Below the pieces are notes generated by a model that saw nothing but the letters and a program-made list of their open reading frames with translations, had not been told where the DNA came from and ran no database searches. From the NCBI GenBank assembly GCA_016190445.1, contig JACPQL010000041.1, positions 215 to 64,214 on the forward strand: a stretch of DNA of 64,000 nucleotides, in the 5' to 3' direction. How positions within the stretch are numbered: position 1 is the stretch's first letter; the number at the start of each line of letters is the position of its first letter. Shown here one piece after another: positions 58,902-64,000 of this stretch. The stretch is from Chloroflexota bacterium. GTDB taxonomy: Bacteria; Chloroflexota; Dehalococcoidia; Lucifugimonadales; JACPQL01. The translations under genes were made by a program, and so were the position numbers.

Positions 58902-58974
58902 GCCCGCCATTTTACAACGCTCCGCCGCTTTGAGAATAGACCTTCATCGGTCCCGCCCGGTCTTTTCATTCTTC

Positions 58975-59172
58975 TGTCATGCTGAGGAGTAGTCTCCGAT
59001 TGCGAACTCGTCTTGGTGGGATGAACTCCCCAGCCCCACCAGACCCTTCGCCTCCAGCTCAGAGCTTGTGAAGAGATTGGTTTTGAGCACCTTTTTAGGC
59101 CGTCCGCCAGATACAAAAAGAGGGTGTCTGAGGCACCTCTTTGCCAAAAACTCACAAGCTCTCAGGGTGACA
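58975..59172. repeat. Palindromic repeat interrupted by a MITE
   Basis: Arms TGTCATGCTGAG / CTCAGGGTGACA. Confidence 0.7.
59062..59161. mobile_element. 100-bp MITE with a TCA target duplication
   Basis: TCA-GAGCTTGTGA ... TCACAAGCTC-TCA; perfect 10-bp terminal inverted repeats. Confidence 0.75.
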
Positions 59173-59235
59173 ATGAAAGAACCCGATGGGTCCCGCCGGG
59201 TCTTTGGCTAGCGGCGAGGGATAGGTCAAGGAGAC

Positions 59236-59276
59236 AAAAGAGGACTCCCTCCCCAAGCGGGGAGGGAGTCCTCTTT
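59236..59276 (-). terminator. Strong rho-independent terminator of the surface-protein gene
   Basis: AAAGAGGACTCCCTCCCC/GGGGAGGGAGTCCTCTTT stem with T tails on both strands. Confidence 0.85.
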
Positions 59277-59305
59277 GTTGGTACCTAGTCTAGGCTTGGG
59301 CGCCG

Positions 59306-61912
59306 CTACGGAACGAGCGAGCCCTTCTTGTTGGCGAAGAGCCACCAGCCCTCGCCGCTCTTCACCTGGGCTGCCACGTTGGTTGGGATCACCTTTACCC
59401 ACTGGTTGGTGGCGGCGTCGTAGCGGTATGCCACCGCCCAGTCCACGCTGGCGAAGTAAGTCGTGGAGGTGATGGCCGTGCCGACGATGCCGAGCTGGAG
59501 GTCAGCCACGGGCACCAGGTTCCACCCGGCGATGACCGGGATGGAGGGCGGCACCGTGGAGAAGGCCCGTGCCGCCAGGACCGTCTGGATGGGATCGAAG
59601 TTGGTGGTCTCGATCCAGTAGGCGTGGTTGCCGTCAATGGTGGTCAGCGTGCCGCTGAGTTGGCCAGCGGCGTCACGGGTGGCCACCAGCCACGGCCCTG
59701 CCGGGTCATTGGGGTCGTAGGTCAGGGCCGTCTTGACGGCGGCGTTGGAGCCCACCACGTCGTTGATGGCCGTGCTCACCGGGTCGCCGGGGAAGGAGAC
59801 CAGGTTGAAGCCCGGCACCAGTGCTACCTTGTGGGCTGACCGCGCCACCACCTCGAACTCGAAGGTCAGGGTGGAGGCCGTCTCGTTGCCCACCGCGTCC
59901 TTCGCCGTTACCTCCACCTTGTGCTTGCCGAGCGCGAGGTTGGCGGTGGCGATCTGGAAGGAGTTGTCGTCCACCGTGCCCGCCTGGCTCAGGACATCGG
60001 CGCCGTCGAGCTTCACGGACAGGAGCGTCACCTTGTTGTGGGAGTCAATCTCTATCTTCGTCTCGCCCGACGTCACGCTGTCAACGCTGCTCGCGCCGGT
60101 GATGTTGTACTCCAGCCCCTCATTGTCGAAGTCCATGCGGACGAAGGGGCTCTGGCTCTCGGTCTTGTTGGTGCTGCCGACCTGCACCGGGTTCAGCTTG
60201 AATATGGTGGCTATGTCAACGACGCCACCATTGAACTGGTTGTCGAACTCGAACAGGATCAGCTTGGCAGGGTCCACAAAGGTGTTCACGGTTGTGCCGG
60301 AACCGGCAGTGCCCACATTGGCTCCCGCCTTGTCGGTGCCGGTCACGAACACGTTCGCCAGCCGGGGGAGATTCGGGCCATCGGCGAACTTGCGCGTCAC
60401 CTCCCACGGGCCTGCGGTGCTGGTGCCGCCGGCGGCGACGCTCGCCACTACGGGCGCCTCGACTGCGCCTATCTGTACACCAGGCTTCACTACGACGCTG
60501 CTGACCGTGGCGCTGGTGCCGGAGGTCGCCAGGGTGCTGAAGGTCACCGTGGGCGGCCCGGTCAGCTCCTCGTTGGAGGTGATGGTGAGGGTGGCCTTGG
60601 CCGTGGTCTTGCCCGAGACGACAGGCCGCGAGGAGGCCTCACCCACTATGCTGACGCTGAGCGTGGGCTTGAGCTTGTCCGAGGCCGTGATAGCTTTGAT
60701 TACCGCAGGGTTCCCGGCCTTGTCGGTGATGATGCCCACCACCGCCACCTGGGGCTTGCTGGCAGGGGCGAGGTCCGCACCTAGGGTCAGGAACACCACG
60801 TTGCGGGTCTCCTTGTTGTAGGAGGCGTCCGTGTCCGCCGCCTTCAGGTTGGGGAACACGAAGGTTGACACCGTGTTGCCTTCCACCGTGAAGGCACCGG
60901 CGAAGAGGCTGGCGCTGTCCAGCAGGTCGGCGGTCGGGCCGCACGTGCCGGCCTGGCCCGCACTCTCTCCGGTGAACTCGAGCTTGACGCTCTTCTTGTC
61001 GGTCTTCTCCTTCTTCCCGGCGGCGTCCCAGCCTATGCCGGTGGAGGCTGCCGCAACGCAAGGCTTCGTGGCGTCCACAGTTATCTTGTGCTTCTCGAAC
61101 ACAGCAGCAGTGGCGGTGTCACTGTCGCTGGTGGTCGCGTTGCCCGCCTTGTCCTTGGCAATCACCTGCCAGGTGTGGTCGCCCTCGGTCAGGAGGTCCA
61201 CCTGGAGAGTGAAGCTGAAGCCATCGGTGACGGGCAGCCACGTGGCCAGGAGCGACTTGTCCACCTGGGCCCCGCCTGAGGGCCCAACCAAGATCTGGAT
61301 GTCCACGGTGGAGCCGTTCGCGGCTTTGAGCGGCTCGTTGGTCACGCCGTTGCCGTCCACGTCGTTCTTGTCGCTGGCGATGCTGGAGGCCGTGTCGGTG
61401 ATCTGGCCGGTAAGGGCCACCGTGGTGCCCTTCTGGAGGAAGCCGGTGGCCGGGGCCATGCTGGCGACGGTGGGGCCCTTCGCGTCCACAGTCAGGGCCT
61501 TGACGTTGCCGAGGGCGCTCACGTTGAGGGTGTCGCCGTCAATAGCGGCGATAGTGATCGTGACACCCGCCCCGACGCTGAACTTGCCGCGCACCGTGTT
61601 GGCGGCGATGTTTGGCAGCGGCACGCTGACGCTGGTGCCGCTCCGGAGGTTGGTCACCGTCGCGGTCTTCGCGGCGGCGGCGATGGTGTCATCCGCCAGG
61701 TTCACCTCCACCACGTTGTAGGCGGAGGTGGCGGCGGCGACATACTGGACGTTGCCCACCCGGGTGTCCTTTTCGCTGCCGCCAGCATCCCCTACCTGCT
61801 GGACCTTCAAGCTGTAGGAGAGAAGGGCTGCCAGGACGGGCACTGCCGCCATGAGAGAGAGGACCAAAGCTAGGACTATGCCGGTTGCGATGAATCTGGT
61901 TCTGGATTTCAC
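59306..61912 (-). CDS. Large secreted Ala/Thr/Val-rich Ig-like protein, S-layer candidate
   Basis: Sec signal; repeated A(K/T)DKAGN Ig-like motifs; C-terminal GFNLV/GWNLV...GWW repeats; strongly biased codon usage; own terminator. Confidence 0.8.
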   Translation of the reverse strand: MKSRTRFIATGIVLALVLSLMAAVPVLAALLSYSLKVQQVGDAGGSEKDTRVGNVQYVAAATSAYNVVEVNLADDTIAAAAKTATVTNLRSGTSVSVPLPNIAANTVRGKFSVGAGVTITIAAIDGDTLNVSALGNVKALTVDAKGPTVASMAPATGFLQKGTTVALTGQITDTASSIASDKNDVDGNGVTNEPLKAANGSTVDIQILVGPSGGAQVDKSLLATWLPVTDGFSFTLQVDLLTEGDHTWQVIAKDKAGNATTSDSDTATAAVFEKHKITVDATKPCVAAASTGIGWDAAGKKEKTDKKSVKLEFTGESAGQAGTCGPTADLLDSASLFAGAFTVEGNTVSTFVFPNLKAADTDASYNKETRNVVFLTLGADLAPASKPQVAVVGIITDKAGNPAVIKAITASDKLKPTLSVSIVGEASSRPVVSGKTTAKATLTITSNEELTGPPTVTFSTLATSGTSATVSSVVVKPGVQIGAVEAPVVASVAAGGTSTAGPWEVTRKFADGPNLPRLANVFVTGTDKAGANVGTAGSGTTVNTFVDPAKLILFEFDNQFNGGVVDIATIFKLNPVQVGSTNKTESQSPFVRMDFDNEGLEYNITGASSVDSVTSGETKIEIDSHNKVTLLSVKLDGADVLSQAGTVDDNSFQIATANLALGKHKVEVTAKDAVGNETASTLTFEFEVVARSAHKVALVPGFNLVSFPGDPVSTAINDVVGSNAAVKTALTYDPNDPAGPWLVATRDAAGQLSGTLTTIDGNHAYWIETTNFDPIQTVLAARAFSTVPPSIPVIAGWNLVPVADLQLGIVGTAITSTTYFASVDWAVAYRYDAATNQWVKVIPTNVAAQVKSGEGWWLFANKKGSLVP

Positions 61913-62513
61913 TTCCTACCCCCTTCTTTGTGGTCCGAAGTTGCAAAGCCGCGCGGGGCCGGGAATCGTCACATACGTCCTCCTCCCTCGGGGTCCCGGC
62001 GCAGGCGATGAGTGCGGGAGGGATCAGCTCGGGAGAGATACGGAGATGAGTGCATGGCCTGTGCCTCCTTGGCTGAAACCCGCGCCAATATGTACAATAC
62101 CCACGCAGCCTTGTCAAGTGGCTGCCACACCAGCGCGTTTGCTCTCCGAGAAGAGCAAAGAACAAGGCAGGGGGCCTGCCGGCCGTTGGAACCCGCACCT
62201 CCCTGCCCAACCCGCTATATGGCAGCGTCCTGCTGCAATTCTTTGGGGACTATAGACGAAAGTCCCCTGCTTGTCAATAGCTTTGGCGGGTTCCACAGGG
62301 CCAATTCGGGACTTCTGCCAGAGTCGCGCACCATGGCCGCCCTGCTGCCTACACAAGATAACGTCGCTGGTCTCAGAACGTCAGGGGGGGCTGCCCGGAA
62401 GACCATCTGAAGACGCTTACCCCCATTCCAACCTTCCCCCTCTAGGGGGAAGGGGTGCAAATCGGCAGGCCCAGGACAGGCCTGTCGGACCATGAGCAGC
62501 AGGCCCAGCCATC

Positions 62514-62903
62514 TTACGCCCTGGGGGAGCGCCCGTGGAGCAGGCGGGCCAGCTCCCGGATAGCGGCATAGGCGTAGGGGATGTACTCGTGGGGGGGCAT
62601 CTCCAGTTGCTTGAGTTCGTCCACCTGGTCCATCCCGTCGGCGAACTCGCCCACCGGCGGGACGAGCTTGAGGGCGAGTTCGTAAAACTCGGCATCCTGG
62701 CAGAGGACCACGCAGCCGCGCTCCTTGGGGATGAACCCCTCGGGGTCCACCTCCACTGCCTGGAGGGTGGTCATGCCAGCGAAGTTGGGGAATGGGTCCA
62801 GCCGTGCCGCCAGCGCCTGAAGGATACCTTGCATCTCCTCAGCGGTGCGCTGCATGGTGGCATCGGCCAGTGTGCGCAGGGTAAGAGGGTCAGCACGCTC
62901 CAT
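62514..62903 (-). CDS. Hypothetical protein
   Basis: GGAGGTGA SD before ATG 62903; globular composition. Confidence 0.7.
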   Translation of the reverse strand: MERADPLTLRTLADATMQRTAEEMQGILQALAARLDPFPNFAGMTTLQAVEVDPEGFIPKERGCVVLCQDAEFYELALKLVPPVGEFADGMDQVDELKQLEMPPHEYIPYAYAAIRELARLLHGRSPRA

Positions 62904-62956
62904 CAAATCTGGCTCACCTCCCGGGTGCTGGGGCTTGCCTGAAAAGTCCCTTTTCA

Positions 62957-63114
62957 CATGAAGCTATCCCAAGTTTCGTGCATGGGGGAGTGCAGAGGGG
63001 GGAAACCCCCTCTGCCGGGGTCTGGGGGTGTCCCCCAGATTGCACTTTTCTCCCCCACTCCCTTACCAAGGGAGCGGGGGACACAGGGGGTGAGGGTTTT
63101 GGAACAGCTTCATG
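62957..63114. mobile_element. 158-bp MITE-like element bounded by CATG
   Basis: CATGAAGCTATCCCAA ... TTGGAACAGCTTCATG (14/16 inverted match) around G/C-rich hairpins. Confidence 0.78.
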
Positions 63115-63253
63115 GCACCTTGCCCGCACCGCCCCAGATTCTTCCTCGCTGCGCTCGTCAGAATGACAGTTTTGAGGCAAAGCCCGGGTGCTGGTTAGCG
63201 GCAGCGTCCCCAGTGTAGAGTGGCCACGTCGCGGCGTCAACGCGGCCACGTCG

Positions 63254-63283
63254 TTGACACCCCCTTTCCTCTTCCCCTATCAT
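63254..63283 (+). promoter_or_regulatory. Promoter of the tRNA cluster
   Basis: TTGACA, N18, TATCAT. Confidence 0.7.
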
Positions 63284-63331
63284 AGCCTTGCGCCGGGCAC
63301 GGGGAGGGCGTCTGGCCCCCACGTCCGGGAT

Positions 63332-63404
63332 GGCAACGTAGCTCAGTGGTTAGAGCGGGCGCTTCATAAGCGCTAGGTCACAGGTTCGAATCCTGTCGTT
63401 GCCA
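63332..63404 (+). tRNA. tRNA with CAT anticodon (elongator Met, or Ile2)
   Basis: GGCAACG/CGTTGCC acceptor, GGCGC-TT CAT AA-GCGCT; CCA not encoded. Confidence 0.9.
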
Positions 63405-63436
63405 TCATGCGAAGGTGGTTGACATCGAGTCCATCG

Positions 63437-63512
63437 GGGCGGTTAGCTCAGTGGTTAGAGCGCCTGCTTCACACGCAGGAGGTCATAGGTTCAAGTCCTG
63501 TACCGCCCACCA
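63437..63512 (+). tRNA. tRNA-Val(CAC)
   Basis: CCTGC-TT CAC AC-GCAGG; CCA encoded. Confidence 0.95.
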
Positions 63513-63518
63513 TAGTGG

Positions 63519-63604
63519 GCCGAGGTGGCGGAACGGCAGACGCGCTACGTTCAGGGCGTAGTGCCCTCACGGGCGTGCGAGTTCAAATCTCGCCCTCGGC
63601 ACCA
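63519..63604 (+). tRNA. tRNA-Leu(CAG)
   Basis: CTACG-TT CAG GG-CGTAG; long variable arm; CCA. Confidence 0.95.
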
Positions 63605-63625
63605 CCCACGCCAGCCAGCGACCCC

Positions 63626-63701
63626 GCGCTTGTAGCTCAAAGGACAGAGCGCAGCCCTGCGGAGGCTGAGGCTGCGGGTTCGAGCCCCGCCAAGCGCGCC
63701 A
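63626..63701 (+). tRNA. tRNA-Arg(GCG)
   Basis: GCGCTTG/CAAGCGC acceptor, CAGCC-CT GCG GA-GGCTG; CCA. Confidence 0.92.
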
Positions 63702-63807
63702 TTTCTTCCCGAAAACAGTGATTCAATCTGTAGGTCGTCCCGACAGGTCGGGATGCCCTACAAGGGCCAAGCGCTATTCTTGGACCTCTTCTTTAGGCTC
63801 TTGCAAC

Positions 63808-63880
63808 GGGCGAATAGCTCAGCGGTCAGAGCGCCTGTTTTACACACAGGAGGTCGCAGGTTCGAGACCTGCTTCGCCCA
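63808..63880 (+). tRNA. tRNA-Val(TAC)
   Basis: CCTGT-TT TAC AC-ACAGG; CCA not encoded. Confidence 0.93.
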
Positions 63881-63885
63881 CTCTC

Positions 63886-64000
63886 CTAGCAGGGTGATGA
63901 AAAACTCCTTCGACCATCCCCCCGACCCCCTTCCTGGCCAGGAAGGGGGTGAAAATTGTATCTGGGGGACACCCCCAGACCCCCGCCAAAAGGGCTTTGC
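63886..64000. mobile_element. MITE-like element (partial), same family as 7633-7752
   Basis: CTAGCAGGGTGATGAAAAACTCCTTCGACCATCCCCC is the reverse complement of ~7715-7752; continues past the window end. Confidence 0.75.

Noticed and set aside
61913-62090. Known riboswitch in the surface-protein leader
   Set aside because: I could not match conserved cores of c-di-GMP, TPP, SAM, cobalamin or T-box elements by eye; an Rfam scan is needed.

Overview
GC-rich bacterial chromosome segment. The gene content suggests an aerobic Chloroflexota (Dehalococcoidia/SAR202-like) organism; this taxonomy is inference. Left part: a secreted S8 protease running off the window edge, a ceruloplasmin-like two-domain multicopper oxidase, catabolic enzymes, a fused PilM-PilN gene and a type IV pilin, an ABC exporter with a NarL-type two-component system, and a complete caa3-type cytochrome c oxidase operon with fused CtaA-CtaB. 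Middle: a ThDP decarboxylase locus with one alpha and three tandem beta paralogs, an ino1-pimA-pgsA inositol-lipid operon, glmU, two tRNA-Ser, and dprA-topA-[lower-GC four-gene cassette]-xerC-aroQ-pepP-efp. Right part: pnp, rpsO, guaB-like, argF-der-plsY-gpsA, hrcA-dnaJ-prmA with a CIRCE, bioY, a large S-layer-like gene and five tRNAs including tRNA-Arg(GCG). Many intergenic regions contain nested palindromic repeats and short elements with terminal inverted repeats (MITE-like) at CTAG, CATG or TCA sites; no transposase is present in the window. One such element appears to have inserted in frame at the der start codon. The strongest novelty candidates are this repeat-derived Der extension, the coupled four-gene cassette, the 1-alpha/3-beta decarboxylase and the nested MITE/REP system.
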